DNA of 64,000 bases from Octopus vulgaris (GCA_951406725.2 OX597824.1:92690001-92754000), one strand, 5' to 3'. Shown: positions 11,509 to 24,782, counted from the first letter of the stretch. Numbers and translations: made by a program. Notes: a model not told the origin generated them from the letters alone.

Positions 11509-12140
11509 TTACTACTACAACTACTACTACTACAACTACTTTCTTGTTCTTCTTCCTCATCATGCCATCGTTATATACTTTTCTTTTCCATATTTCTCCT
11601 TTTCGTTTCTTCTTTCTCCTGTCCTCTACTGCTGCTACTGCCGCCCTGCTGTAGCTATTTTCCTCCATACATTCATCCTCTTTGCAACTTTCTCCCATTC
11701 ACCTCCACATTTTTTCTTCCTTTCCTTCTCTCTCTCCAGCTTCTTCATCGCATTTTGCTTTTTCTACCCGTCATCGTTATTATTCTACATCTTAAGATTT
11801 CCATCACCTTCTCTTCTCTCCTTCTCCTCCACCCACCTCCTCCTCCTCATTATCATCATTCTCACCTTACTCTTCAACTTCCTCCTCCTTCACCACTACC
11901 TCCTACTCCCCTTTCTTGCTTTCTCATTTTCTTTCATTTCCCCTCTTACTTCCCGTCAACTTCTTCCTCCTTCTCCTCCCCATCATTCTCCGCCTCCTTC
12001 TCTCCACCTTCCTCCTCAATCAATCTCCGTATCCTCCTTTCTTCAACTTTCCTTCTCTCCCCTCCTCCTTTCTTTCCTCTCCCCCCTTCCTTCCTTCTTT
12101 CCTTCCTTTATCGTAACCTTCCGCTTCATCCTCCACCTCT
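10915..12140. repeat. (CTT)n-based polypyrimidine low-complexity tract with an embedded (CTA)n
   Basis: Directly visible. Includes repeated TTCTTAACCTTC units at ~11060-11190. Confidence 0.9.
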
Positions 12141-13296
12141 ACCCCAACCTACTAATACTACTGTAGTCCATCATATCTATCGGTTTCACTTACATTTTGT
12201 CTTTGTCCCCCTTTTCTAATATCTTCCCCATATCTCTACACCTTCCAGTCTTTACTGACTCATTTGTTAACTTACTTTACAGCTGTTCCAGTTTCTTTTG
12301 CTGCAGAACTTTACATTCTGCTCGTTTCACCCGTATGAACACTACACTTTTGTGGTTATCGTCGTCTCCATACAATACTATCATCCCCCAACTTTCCATA
12401 GTTATTGTTATAACTCTTTTTGTTTTTGTGTTTTGTTTCTGGTATTTGTCGTTGTCAACAGGTAGTGTTCTCCCTCCTGATTACCTTGCTTCAGGTGTCA
12501 GAGCTCAGTTTTCTCTTCTCTTCTTTTTTCCTCTTTACTTGCGTTTTCTCTTCATTTAATTTCCCCTCTCTTTCACACTCTTTTAAAGATTTCCATACTA
12601 AAAATTTCTTTCGCTCTAATTTCATTTCTTCAATCCCTCTCCATTTCTCTTTCGTTTCCTATTCTTCATAACACACACACACACGCACATACACATACAC
12701 ACACACATATATTTATATATATGCGCGTGTGCGTGTGTATACATATATATACATATATATACATGTATATACATGTATCTATCTATCTATCTATCTATAT
12801 ATATAAATATATATACATATATATCTACATGTACATACATGTGTGTGTATACATATATATACATATATATCTACATGTATATACATGTATCTATCTATAT
12901 ATATATATACACACCTGTATATATATATATATGTGTGTATATAATATACATACATATGTGTGTGCGTGTAATGTTATGTGTGTGTATGTACATGTGTGTG
13001 TGTGTTTAATGGAATTCTGTCCCCAACACATATTTTATTCCCTCTTCGTTGCACCTCATCTATCATATATGCTTATCTTCATTATACCTGTGCACGAGAT
13101 CGCATTCCAGTCCCAATATCGCTCCCTCTCACGCGCGCTGCTTAATTATTCCTTTCTTATATCGCATTATACCTGATTAGTATTTATGTCATTGCATACG
13201 CCTCTCCAGATACAAACGGTGAATTATCTTTTCATGAACCTACAAGCATATTCACGCGAGCTCGCACATATAGATATATACAAACAAACACACAGA

Positions 13297-14062
13297 CACA
13301 TACATACATACATACATACATACATACATACATACATGCATACATACATACTTACATACATACATACATACATACATGCATGCATACATACATACGTTCA
13401 TATATACATACATACGTACGTAGATATATACGTGCATACATACATACATGCATATACATACATTCATACATACATACATACGTACGTACATACATACATA
13501 CATACATACATGCAGACATGCATACATACATGCATACGTATATTCATACATACATGCATACATGCATACATGCATACGTACATACATTTATGCATATATA
13601 CATACATTCATACATACATTCATACATACATACATGCATAGATACATACATTCATACATACATACATACATACATACATACATGCATAAATATATACAAA
13701 CACACGTACATACATTCATACATACAAACATACATACGTACATACATGCATACATAAATACATACATTCATATATATTTCTTTACTACCCACAAGGGGCT
13801 ACACACAGAGGAGACAAACAAGGACATACATGCATGCGCACATACATGCATACATAAATACATGCATACATGCATACATACTTGCATACATACATGCATG
13901 CATACATACATACATACATACATACGTACGTACATACATACATGCATACATACATTCATACATACATACATACGTACATACATACATACATACGTACGTA
14001 CATACATGCATACATACATACATACATACATACATACATACATACATACATTCATACATATA

Positions 14063-14095
<33 letters not shown>

Positions 14096-14277
14096 TCATA
14101 CATATATACATACATACATTCATATATACATATATACATACATGCATACATATATACATACATATATACATACATGCATACATATATACATACATACATA
14201 CATACATACATACATACATACATAAATACATACATGCATACATACATACGTACATACATACATGCATACATACATAC
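13297..14277. repeat. degenerate (CATA)n tract containing an isolated SINE B tail-2 fragment at ~13776-13826
   Basis: About 1 kb of CATA/CATG/CGTA units. TTTCTTTACTACCCACAAGGGGCTACACACAGAGGAGACAAACAAGGACA matches the SINE B tail 2. Confidence 0.9.
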
Positions 14278-14650
14278 AGAAGGTATATATAATTGTGTAC
14301 TTTTTGTTATGCATTCTGTGGTATTACTTGATTGTGATTTGTTGTTTAAGAGAATCCGAGAAAGTAGAAATAATGTACAAAAAGAAGAGAGAACTAAACA
14401 AAGGCGCCGTTTTAGCTTTTATTTCTGTATATCAGTGATATAAACACCTCTTCAGCACATTTTGAAAAACGAAAGATGGAAAAGTCATTGCATGGGTGGT
14501 GGTGGGAGAATGAAAAATGATGAAGGTGACACGCATTAGCTGGTGTTGCTATAGTAATTAGTCTGTTTCACGTATGAGGTCGTCAAGTATGAAGTATGTA
14601 GAAAAGAAAAAAAAGTTTGCTAATGTTTTATATAAATACAAGGAATAGTT

Positions 14651-14820
14651 TTATTCATGAAAGTATGCATCCATATTGTCAATACACTTTTGCCATTTCA
14701 GTGGTACCTTGTCCAGTCCGGAACTCTAAAAGCCTGGCAATCTAGAGTCAATGAAATCTTGGAAGGCCTGTTTTACAGCATCGTCGGAATAATTTTTTCT
14801 ATCAAAACCTTATCCAAATT
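14651..14820 (-). pseudogene. mariner transposase C-terminal remnant
   Basis: Manual translation gives SDDAVKQAFQDFIDSRLPGF*SSGLDKVPLKWQKCIDNMDAYFHE*, matching the mariner ending (AFQEFVESR...GI.KL..RWQKC....G.YF). One in-frame stop. Confidence 0.8.
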
Positions 14821-14845
14821 CTTATATATTCAATACTTATATATG

Positions 14846-15000
14846 CGGGCTTCTTTCAGTTTCCGCTTACCAAATCCACTCAGAGGGCTATACTAGATGA
14901 CCTGAGGCTATACTATATGACACTTACCCAGGGTGTCATGCATTGGGACTGAAAGAGGAACCTTATGCTTGCTAAACATGGTTCCTACCACACAGCCACA
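14846..15000 (-). mobile_element. SINE family C, 5' half
   Basis: CGGGCTTCTTTCAGTTTCCG...GGGACTGAA...ACCACACAGCCAC is the reverse complement of the family C head. Confidence 0.7.
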
Positions 15001-15257
15001 GTCGAGCATGACTGCTCGCAATTTATCGGAAGCAGCTGTACATCGTTAACCAGCTACAGGAGATATACTCTTGGGGTTAACATTCCCACTAGAGTCCGTT
15101 CGATCGAACAGTCATGTTGAATTTGCTACGTATAATACTCATATATGTGTGTGTATGCGTGTGTGCGTGTGTGTGTGGCGATATCTTCTACTAAATGGCT
15201 GTGCTCCAGCATGGCACTAGTCAAAGGACTGAAACAAGTAAAAGATTAAATATATAT

Positions 15258-15510
15258 TTATATATACATTTATCCATTACGTATATCCATGGTAATACGA
15301 TTTATGTACATGTATATCTATTCGCAATACGATTTATGTACACGTATATCCATTATGTAAATCCATCTTAATACGATTTATATAAACGTATATCCATTAT
15401 ATACTTCCATTGTAATAAGATTTATATCTACCTATATCCATGATGTATATTCATCGTAATACTATTTATGTATACGTATATCCATTATGCATATCCATTG
15501 TAATACGATC
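15258..15510. repeat. ~44-bp minisatellite, about 5-6 diverged copies
   Basis: Unit approximately TATCCATTATGTATATCCATTGTAATACGATTTATGTATACGTA. Confidence 0.8.
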
Positions 15511-15756
15511 ATTTTTCTATCTTTTCACTCTTTTACACGAAATATTTACATGCTATTATTCATCTAATAAGATATGTGTGGAGATGTGCAGTTAGCACTG
15601 GCTGCAATGCCTAGGAGTAAGCTGAACTCTCAGAATAAAATTCGGTTTAAGATTCTGCTCAAGATTCAGTTTAAAATGGCCTTTCGCAAAGGAACAATTG
15701 GAACTGAAATCAAACGTGAAAATTAGATATGTATTTTGCCTTACCACCCTTAAATA

Positions 15757-16098
15757 TTCTTTTCTACTCCAGGCACAAGGCTCGAAATTTTTAGTATTTA
15801 ATTTTATCGATCCCCAAGTCGACCTCGGCGGAATTTGAACTCAGAAGGTAACGGCAGAATAAATACCTATTTCTTTACTACCCACAAAGGGCTAAACACA
15901 GAGAGGACAACCAAGGATAGACAAACGGATTAAGTCGATTATATCGACCCCAGTGCGTAACTGATACTTATTTAATCGACCCCGAAAGGATGAAAGGCAA
16001 AGTCGACCTCGGCGGAATTTGAACTCAGAACGTAAAAACAGACGAAATACCGCTGAGTATTTCGCCCGGCGTGCTAACGATTCTGCCAGCTCGCTGCC
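15757..16098 (-). mobile_element. composite SINE B (tail-2 unit joined to a tail-1 body) with a ~22-bp flanking duplication
   Basis: Junction AAATACC|TATTTCTTT at ~15867. Flanks TGCCTTACCACCCTTAAATATT (15737-15758) and TGCCTTACCACCTTTAGATATT (16095-16116). Confidence 0.8.
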
Positions 16099-16234
16099 TT
16101 ACCACCTTTAGATATTGGCTCATACATATTTAGCCCGTTCCGTCATTCAATCTTATGAGCATTCGATATTATTTTCTTTACATGTCCTTCAGAATCACAT
16201 TTTTCCCTTTTTATAACATCAATGTTTATGTGAT

Positions 16235-16505
16235 AGCGCATGGCCTTGTGGATAAGATGTTACAGACATGATCGCAAGATCTTGGGTTTGACACTCTGGA
16301 CAATATGCGTTTGATGAAAAGTGTGATGGACTTTTGAGCAAAACACTTTATTTCGCTGTACTCAAATTCCCTCAGTTGTATATGAGTAACTCTACCACGG
16401 TCCGATGTCCCATTGAGTAGAAACTTTGTACTCTCAGCCTTATACGGTTTGTAAACTGGGTAACTAACTCGATGACTCCTAGGACTCGTGACAGTACTTA
16501 CTACA
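16235..16505 (+). mobile_element. old tRNA-headed SINE related to family A
   Basis: GCGCATGGCCTTGTGG A-box-like start, GAGCAAAACACTT, and a GACTCG-type tail. Heavily diverged. Confidence 0.45.
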
Positions 16506-17559
16506 TCACTCTTTTATCCGACTCTCAACGTAATTCATGAAGCGACACTTATAAACCAGAAAACGCATCACTTTACAGCTTTCGCAAATTCTCCATATTT
16601 AATCAGATCTCATGAAATGCGTCTTCCATTTTAAACTGAATAGATCACGGCTGATTATCGAGTATGCCATATAGTATGAATATATTTCTTTCCTCTTCCT
16701 AGCTGATCATTAGTGTTCGCTTAATTATTATCGTTATGGCACCGTATCTTCATATTTGAACAATAAAACTGTTCATAATTCGAATCACATGAAATTCAGC
16801 TCCCACTTGAACTAAGAATTTTAAAAATGTAATATATTTCACATTTTTAAAATTAGAAATTTATTTCTTTTTCTAAACGTTTTTACTGGTATTCTAACAT
16901 ATTTATTCATAAAGTTTATAGTTTTCTCAATTATTGTCTGCAACTCCCCGAAGACTCGGCATTTGTATTCAGTTCCCAGAACAGATTTGATTATTCAACT
17001 GTCAGTTGGTTTTTACGACATGAACTTCATCTAATATTCTTCTAAACATAAAGAATACTAAATCTTTTATTTACTAAACGTCATGTAGATGTCAACTCCT
17101 TTGTCAAAAATGTTCACTTTTCTCTTACATGTTATAAAGTGTTTTCTTTTCCATAAGTTGTAAATAATACGTAGGTGTCTCTGTTTAGAGTGCAATCCAT
17201 TATAGACATTTACCAGAAATGATTTTGAAGTGGATACAAGATAACATGAAGTAAATGTTAAAAAGAATAATAATATAAAACTAACATCCTGATTTTTTTT
17301 ATATGATGGTCTTAAGATTTCCAAATGCTTAAATCTTTTCCAATTTTGATTTTTATCACTGTTAATTCTGTACTCAACAGCACACAAATCAAGAGTCATT
17401 ACATATGTTTCTAGTCATGTTTGTGATTTGCATTTGGAAGTTTGCGTCAATAATTCCTGCGTTTAAAGATATAAACTATGGTTTGACAATTGTTTTGGCT
17501 CGGGGTTGGGGCATTTTGAGAGGGCCGCACAGTCTATACCTGATCCATGCCTGCTGGTA

Positions 17560-18430
17560 TTCATTACTTAACATTAAATTGCATTTAATGCGAAGAGTAA
17601 ATTATATAATAATAATAAATTAATAAAACTAAAACAATAGTAGTACACAGAAAAGGTTTCATTCAATTTATTTATGTGCAAATTACTCCTGAGGCAGCAC
17701 AGGTAATTTAATGAGACAAATGTAACCTGTCACACTTACTCTTTTACTCATTGACTTCTTTCAGTCATTTGACTGTGGCCATGCAGGAGCATCGCCTTTA
17801 GTCGAGAAAATCGACCCAGGACTTATTCTTTGTAAGCCTAGTACTCATCCTATCGGTCTCTTTTGCAGAACCGCTAAGTTACGTGGACGTAAACACACCA
17901 ACTTCGGTTGTCAAGCGGTGTTAAGGAGACAAACACAGACACAAAAACGTATACATACACATACACACACACACACACGCATACATACATACATATATAT
18001 ATATATATACATATATATATGCATACATACACGGGCTCCTTTCAGTTTCCGCCTACCAAATTCACTCACAAGGTTTTGGTCGGCCCGAGGCTATGGGAGA
18101 AGACACTTTCCCAAGGTGCTGCGCATTTGGACTGAACTTATTTACAATTCTTTTGAAATCAGGAGTGAGGCTGCTTGTTGAGATCCTCATCACTGCCTGG
18201 AGGTTTATGTCAGTTAAAAGGGATATCCGTTTGCTCACAAATATATGTGGACCCAAAATTAGAAAACATTTTCCTAACAAATTCCTTCACACATGGAAAT
18301 TTTTCAGTAAATGGAGATTTGTGAAAATCTATCAGTGTCACAGAATTAAACATTTCTTTCAGCGTGTGATCTGACTGCATGTCAATTAGTTCAAGCTGCA
18401 TCTCCTCAGGTGCTGTACTTCCTTAGGTGC
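17560..18430 (-). pseudogene. hAT (Buster/Charlie/SPIN, GTF2IRD2-like) transposase C-terminal remnant, interrupted by a SINE
   Basis: MQLELIDMQSD...KMFSNFGSTYICEQ, then after a deletion/frameshift LLTDINLQAVMRISTSSLTPDFKRIVNK, resuming beyond the SINE as CDRLHLSH* (17734-17708). Confidence 0.8.
17739..18135 (-). mobile_element. 5'-truncated SINE family C inserted in the hAT remnant
   Basis: Near-complete family C sequence from the B box to the tail. ACTTA is present at both junctions (17734-17738 and 18136-18140). Confidence 0.85.
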
Positions 18431-18450
18431 TGTGGCGGGCTGTATGCACT

Positions 18451-18710
18451 TAATCCCTTTGTCTGCCCTTGTTTGTCCCCTCTATGTTTAGCCCCTTGTG
18501 GGCAATAAACAAATAAAAAACGTTAGCACTCCGTGTGAAATGCTTAGTGGTATTTCGCCTGTCTCTATGTTCTGAGTTCAAATTCAGCCGGGGTCGATTT
18601 TGCCTTTCATCCTTTCGGGATCGATAAATTAAAGTACCAGTTGCGTACTGGTGTCGAACTAATCAACTGGCACCATTCAGCAAAAAACTTCTGGCCTTGT
18701 GCCTAGAGCA
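18451..18710 (+). mobile_element. SINE B tail-2 fragment followed by a tail-1 copy
   Basis: TTAATCCCTTTGTCTGCCC...TTTAGCCCCTTGTGGG then CGTTAGCAC...GAGTTCAAATTC...GCCTTTCATCCTTTCGGGATCGATAAATT. Confidence 0.75.
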
Positions 18711-19237
18711 CAACACAGTCACCTTTACTCAATGTTTTAATCAGTAGGTGCAGAGATTAGTCTATATATAAAATGTTATCATAGGATACATAACATATTT
18801 ATATAAATAAATAAAAAACATATATATTTTCAAAACAACAACACAAAAAAAGAAAACAATTATAAATCTTAATAAAAATATATGTGAAACAAGAAAAGGA
18901 GACCAAAAAAAAAGATGATCGTATATTAGCATATTCTGTTATTCGTCGATACAGATTAGCATGAAAGCTTCAGGTGAATATGTTAGGATGTCACTCGACG
19001 TTGATTCTAAATATTCATTCTTCTGGAAGACATTCTGTATGGATCAGAAGCTGCCTTATAAAACGATGATGCGTTCCATGCACTTTTGGGGTGGGGCCAG
19101 GGGGGCAGTGGTGTTTCTGCTGATACGCTTGGCTTCTATTATATTGCTTATTTCTTCATTTTTTTTCTTTGTGTTTATTGCTCATGTTGTTGCTTACGCT
19201 GACATTGTTGTACTTTGCTGCCATTGCTGTTGCTGCT

Positions 19238-19343
19238 CTTCTTCTTCTTCTTCTTCTTCTTCTTCTTCTTCTTCTTCTTCTTCTTCTTCTTCTTCTTCTT
19301 CTTCTTCTTCTTCTTCTTCTTCTTCTTCTACTACTACTACTAT

Positions 19344-19381
<38 letters not shown>

Positions 19382-19386
19382 TTCTT

Positions 19387-19433
<47 letters not shown>

Positions 19434-19490
19434 TCCGCTTCTTCTTCTTCTTCTTCTTCTTCTTCTTCTTCTTCTTCTTCTGCTTCTTCT
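19238..19490. repeat. (CTT)n-(CTA)n-(CTT)n compound microsatellite
   Basis: Directly visible. Confidence 0.95.
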
Positions 19491-19812
19491 ATTTCTTGAT
19501 GTTGAATAATCGAGCGCTGTCACATATTTGTCTTCAGATGCACACACACACACACACACATACACACACACATATACACACAGACACACACAGACACTCA
19601 CAGACTCATACATTACACATACACGGCGGAAAACATACCCATAAACACACACATACACTTAGCCACTTAGCAAACAGGTAGTCGAATGGTTGATCAATAA
19701 AAATATGCGAAGCCTCTTATGTATGAACGTATACTCTGTCCCTCCCACAAACACACAAGCACATACAAACACACTCATAGAAATGCATAAATACACTAAC
19801 ACACACATTCAC

Positions 19813-19860
<48 letters not shown>

Positions 19861-20051
19861 TTTTTTTTTCATACACACATACATGCATACTTAGTTGCAT
19901 ACATACTTAATCACACATACAAATGTAAATCAATTATGATTATGGTGACGGCGGGGGTCGATAATTCCTACAATCGACAGCAAATTATTTGTTCCCAATA
20001 TTGAATAGGTTGATAGGTTGGTGTTGCTGTTGCTAAATTTACAGGGCTAGG

Positions 20052-20463
20052 TGTACAGAATCGGTAGAGCATCTTGTAAAATGGTATGCAGTATTTGTTA
20101 CACCCCTTTCCGTTCAGGATTCAAATCGTTAGCCACTACACACATTTTTCTTTTCCTTGTTTTTTTCTGTGTCCCTTTCTGTAGAAGAGCGTAGGCTCGA
20201 AACGTAAAATCCTCTTTCTATTCCTGAGCGTTGTACTAATATATCTCTTTGTTTTGTACAGAATCGGTAGAGCATCTTGTAAAATGGTATGCAGTATTTG
20301 TTACACCCCTTTCCGTTCAGGATTCAAATCGTTAGCCACTACACACATTTTTCTTTTCCTTGTTTTTTTCTGTGTCCCTTTCTGTAGAAGAGCGTAGGCT
20401 CGAAACGTAAAATCATCTTTCTATTCCTGAGCGTTGTACTAATATATCTCTTTGTTTTGTACA
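20052..20463 (+). repeat. 203-bp tandem duplication, each unit with a decayed SINE B head and a hammerhead-like Penelope-type segment
   Basis: TGTACA at 20052, 20255 and 20458. The units look near-identical (one visible difference, AATCCTC vs AATCATC). The motif CTGTAGA-A-GAGC-GTAG-GCTC-GAAA-CGTA is at 20179 and 20382. The element continues to (TA)n at ~20506. Confidence 0.9.
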
Positions 20464-20505
20464 TCACCTGTGTTCGTCTTTTGTTCTTTTCGTAAACTTT
20501 CCCGT

Positions 20506-20540
<35 letters not shown>

Positions 20541-21454
20541 ATGTATGTATATACATATATGTATGCATGTACATGCGCATGTGTGTGCATGCATATGCTT
20601 GCATACACCTATGCAAATAAGTGAATATGCATCTGCACATGACCATGTTGTCGTGCACTTTACGATTATATTTAACGTTTATATTTCGCCATATAAATTG
20701 CGAAATTACTACACAGTTTTGCCTCAAAGAATAGCGAATTTAAATTTAAATGTTGCGTTAAAATTAGTGAAAATAGAATTAGATATTCCAGTGTTTCTGT
20801 TTGTCGGTCATGGGATTCTGTTTCCAATTGCTCCGTTTCTGTATTGCGTTTCGCATAGCATTTTCTTCTTGCTAATAAATCTATAAATATTGGCTCCCGT
20901 TAAAGTACTTTTTTCTTAATATTAAACTTTTGTGCGTCTAAAGTTATATTTGATTTATATCTTAGCTTCGCAGTTATCATTATATATAATGTTATTATTG
21001 TTGCTTTTCTTGGTGGTGGTGGTGGTGGTGGTGGTGGTGGTCGGTTCTGGTGGTATTTTTGCTGATATATTTTCCATACGATTATTATTGCATTTTCTAT
21101 TTCCTGTTTAACTGTTTCCGCTCATTAGATATTTAATTATTACAATTATCACAATTCCATCTGAAGCGAGAGCTTCGATCTCCTCACACGTACGCACAAT
21201 TTGTGTAGAGATATGCACATAATTTTATGCTTATACATATTTCAAACCACCCCGCAACTTTCTCTCTCTCGCTCTATATATACATACATATACACATATA
21301 TATATATATATGTACATATATACATATACATATATATATATATATACATACATACATATATATATATATAAATATATATATATACTTACATACATGCATA
21401 CATATATATGTATGTATATACATACATACATACGTATATATATATATACATACT

Positions 21455-21486
<32 letters not shown>

Positions 21487-21642
21487 GTATTAAGTGTCGA
21501 CACATGCATGCGCCTGTGTATTTATTCGTTTATGCTTGTGATTTTTGTGTACCTTTAATTATGAGGCTACAGGTGTGTGCCGTACGTTACGTGGACTTAC
21601 ATGGTACTTAGTACTAATTTAGTAATCCTCTTGATAAGTATA

Positions 21643-21681
<39 letters not shown>

Positions 21682-21838
21682 ATAGACACACACAAATATA
21701 TGCATGTATGTGTGCATATGTATATATGTGTATGTTTTTTATTCACAAATGTATGTGGTGTTCTAGTGAGTTGCGCACGAGAGAGTTGGCGTGTCGATAT
21801 ATGTGCTCGAACACTCGTCTATTTTGGCATCCATGTAT

Positions 21839-21886
<48 letters not shown>

Positions 21887-22481
21887 TACAAGAAAAGAAT
21901 GTACAAGTGCTGTCACACACATATGAGAACATCAATAACCAGTGACAGAGATAGGCAAAATTGTTTCCTAATTAAAATCAAAGAAAATTTGTTTAAAATT
22001 CAATGAAAATTAACTTGTTAACAAGATTTTTCCAAACACTTTAATGAAATTAGGCAAGACGTGCCATTCTTAGCTTGTTTATTTTCTCTACCTATCCATA
22101 TATCAACTGTAGAAACCGTTCTCATGTGAGGAGAATTGCAACAATGTTTCATTTAAAACGCGAGAGAAATTAGCGCAGATACAAAACTAAAATCGTATTT
22201 TTAAAAAAAATGGAAGACAAAAGTTAAAAGTAAAAAGGTACAATAAACTGTAGACGCTATATTAAAATAGTTTCTAAATGATGTTCGCTGAAAGGTAAGA
22301 AAGCAGGAAAACAGTTATTGTTAGACAATGGGAGACATGTTCGGAGAAACGGAAAATTTGATTACAGTTTATCAATGTACACGTTATTCTTTCCTTGTCT
22401 CTAGCGGAAAACAGGTCCGGAATTTTTTTCAGAATTTATTACCAGCATTGAAGAAACCTGACAGCTTGACAACTATCAGTG

Positions 22482-22548
<67 letters not shown>

Positions 22549-22585
22549 GCCCTCTGTCTACCTATCTAGCCCTTTATGTATATGC

Positions 22586-22620
<35 letters not shown>

Positions 22621-22641
22621 GTGACAATTATTCGGTAGCCA

Positions 22642-22744
<103 letters not shown>

Positions 22745-22861
22745 TATATACACACACATGTGTTATTTCTGTAGCGTGGGATACGTTTTTAGGGGATGGG
22801 TAGTGCTAGCCCTATGCCCAACCTACTCCATTTTAATCCGGATCTGGGCGTGGGACTAAAA

Positions 22862-23254
22862 AATTGGGGGTGTTTCAAAATGAATGTTTATGAAAATATT
22901 TGAAGGCGTATTGGCCGAATATGATCTCGAATAACCAATGACACCACCAGGCTAAGGTGGAACCAATAAGAGAAAGTATTGAAGCAAGGAGATGGAAATG
23001 ATTGTGTCGAGGTTGTCGCTATAAACCAAGCTCAATATTCAGGATCGCTTTGCCATGGGTTCCACAAAGTGAAAAAAAAAAAGACGAGGCTGACCAAATG
23101 AAATATGACAAAAGACAATAACAAGCGACCTTAAAAGCAGATGGTTAACAATAAAACAAGCAATGAAGGACGATTTCAGTGTTAGAAGGTAGACGCAGCT
23201 TACTATTGCATCAAGTGATACAAAGCACAGTGAGAACCGAATGAATGAATGAAT

Positions 23255-23255
<1 letters not shown>
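22862..23255 (+). pseudogene. decayed RTE-type LINE 3' fragment with (GAAT)n tail
   Basis: Translation with stops: GVFQNECL*KYLKAYWPNMISN...EPIRESIEARRWK*L...RIALPWVPQ...RG*P, the RTE C-terminal pattern. Ends GAATGAATGAATG. Confidence 0.7.
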
Positions 23256-23306
<51 letters not shown>

Positions 23307-23744
23307 ATGTGTGCGTGTGCTTATGCGTGTGTGTGTATGTGGATGAATGCATATATATACAAGGATATACACACACATATATACACATATAAATCGGTGT
23401 ATACATCTATCAACGTAAATGCTTTACAGTTGCGCAGCCCAAAGCACTGACATCCCAAAATTGTGGTTTTGATTCCAGGTTCGAGTAGGGTGGTGTATTC
23501 TTGATCAAGACATTTCATTTCACTGCGCCATTGAAGCTCTTATTGCTTACACCTCTGCTTGTACATTTTTGACCCTGCATCTCCCTTCTCATCGACATTT
23601 ATTGAGGAGAAGATATATCTTAGTCATATATGTAATTTTGTTGTTTTATTTCTAATAACAAAATATATATGGTTGTTGACATTCCAGCCATGGTCATTCC
23701 ATCTATTTTTTTTCATTGTTAACCATACACATTTCTGTTTCAAG

Positions 23745-23950
23745 TCTTAGGACTTACAATAGGTCCGTGGCGTATAAGCGAATACCCCTAAACGAGACCA
23801 CCTCTAAACGGGACGCGAGACCGTCACAGACCACAGACCTACATAGTTAGTGTTGAGTGGGTTGGAACAATGCGGAATGCTTTGCTCAAAATACAACGAA
23901 ATGTTTGAACTGGGAATTGAAACCACTATCATGCGATTGTAATTGCAAGG
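23745..23950 (-). mobile_element. decayed tRNA-headed SINE (family A-like)
   Basis: CTGGGAATTGAAACC (reverse B box), CTTTGCTCAA and GGGACGCGAGACCGTCACAG, similar to segments of the 45473 and 57546 copies. Confidence 0.45.
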
Positions 23951-24782
23951 ATATATCAACTGAAGTGGAGGTATTTACCATTTCTAAAAGACTAGCACAC
24001 TATTTACGTTTGAGAGATAACACTACTCCTTCACCATTAATTCAATAATATTTTTAAAGTGATCAATATACTTTTATATTAAATAACCTAAAGTTAGGAA
24101 CCCATAGAAGTGCTCCAGTAATCAGCTATGCCTCTTGATAATTTCAAACTGAAGCACTTCCTCTTCTTTGCCATAGAAAACAGCAAAAAGAACATCTCGT
24201 CGCATTCCAACACCACTTCTCTAATCGTTCTACCATCTTTACTGCCATTTACACAAAGCTAGAATTCTTCACGAAATATTTTTTTTCTGTTAAATAAGAA
24301 TGGAAATCATGCAATTTATGTAACTACAGTTAAAATATTGAAATCTTTTTTATAGATAATTTGTTGAATATTCATAATGTAATTTAATTTAATATTTTTT
24401 TTATAAAGGTCAAAATCGTTAAACTACCCAGAGAATACAGAATGTCTTTGTGCAATAATGACAATAGAAAAAAAAATATAGTTGAAAATAATCAATGATC
24501 GAAATTACTAATAAAGAAAAAGTTAAAGAATGAACATGAATACTTAAATATGACATGAATAATTAAATATTGCTAGCGTCTTAAGCCATAATATGTTCCA
24601 AGAGGTGAAATGGTTGATATGGTTATTGCCACATGATAGACGTATCACGAGTTCAAATCCACTGCTGTTCTTACTATTTACGCCGAAGTTGAACACTTTA
24701 TTCCACAATGCCTTATATTTGCATTGCCGCAGTATTATCCTACCACCTCTAACAGCCTTTCAAAGTTTGTATAACCTATATC

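Noticed and set aside
11173-12219. 250-aa Leu/Ser/Pro/Phe-rich and Lys/Glu/Arg-rich ORFs
   Set aside because: Products of the CTT/CCT low-complexity tract, with no domain or splice evidence.
13186-14443. Long ORFs rich in H/T/Y/I or M/Y/V/C (also the many YI-, CV- and YLSI-repeat ORFs across the window)
   Set aside because: These are translations of (CATA)n, (TA)n, (TG)n and (TATC)n microsatellites, which lack stop codons in several frames.
15258-15510. Regularly spaced repeats resembling a CRISPR array
   Set aside because: The units are contiguous diverged copies with no unique spacers, there are no cas genes, and the context is eukaryotic. This is a minisatellite.
17067-17399. Possible second hAT remnant (LFFLTFTSCYLV...SKQRHL)
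   Set aside because: Only a faint resemblance to the FPTSYLVE..FS motif, too degenerate to support.
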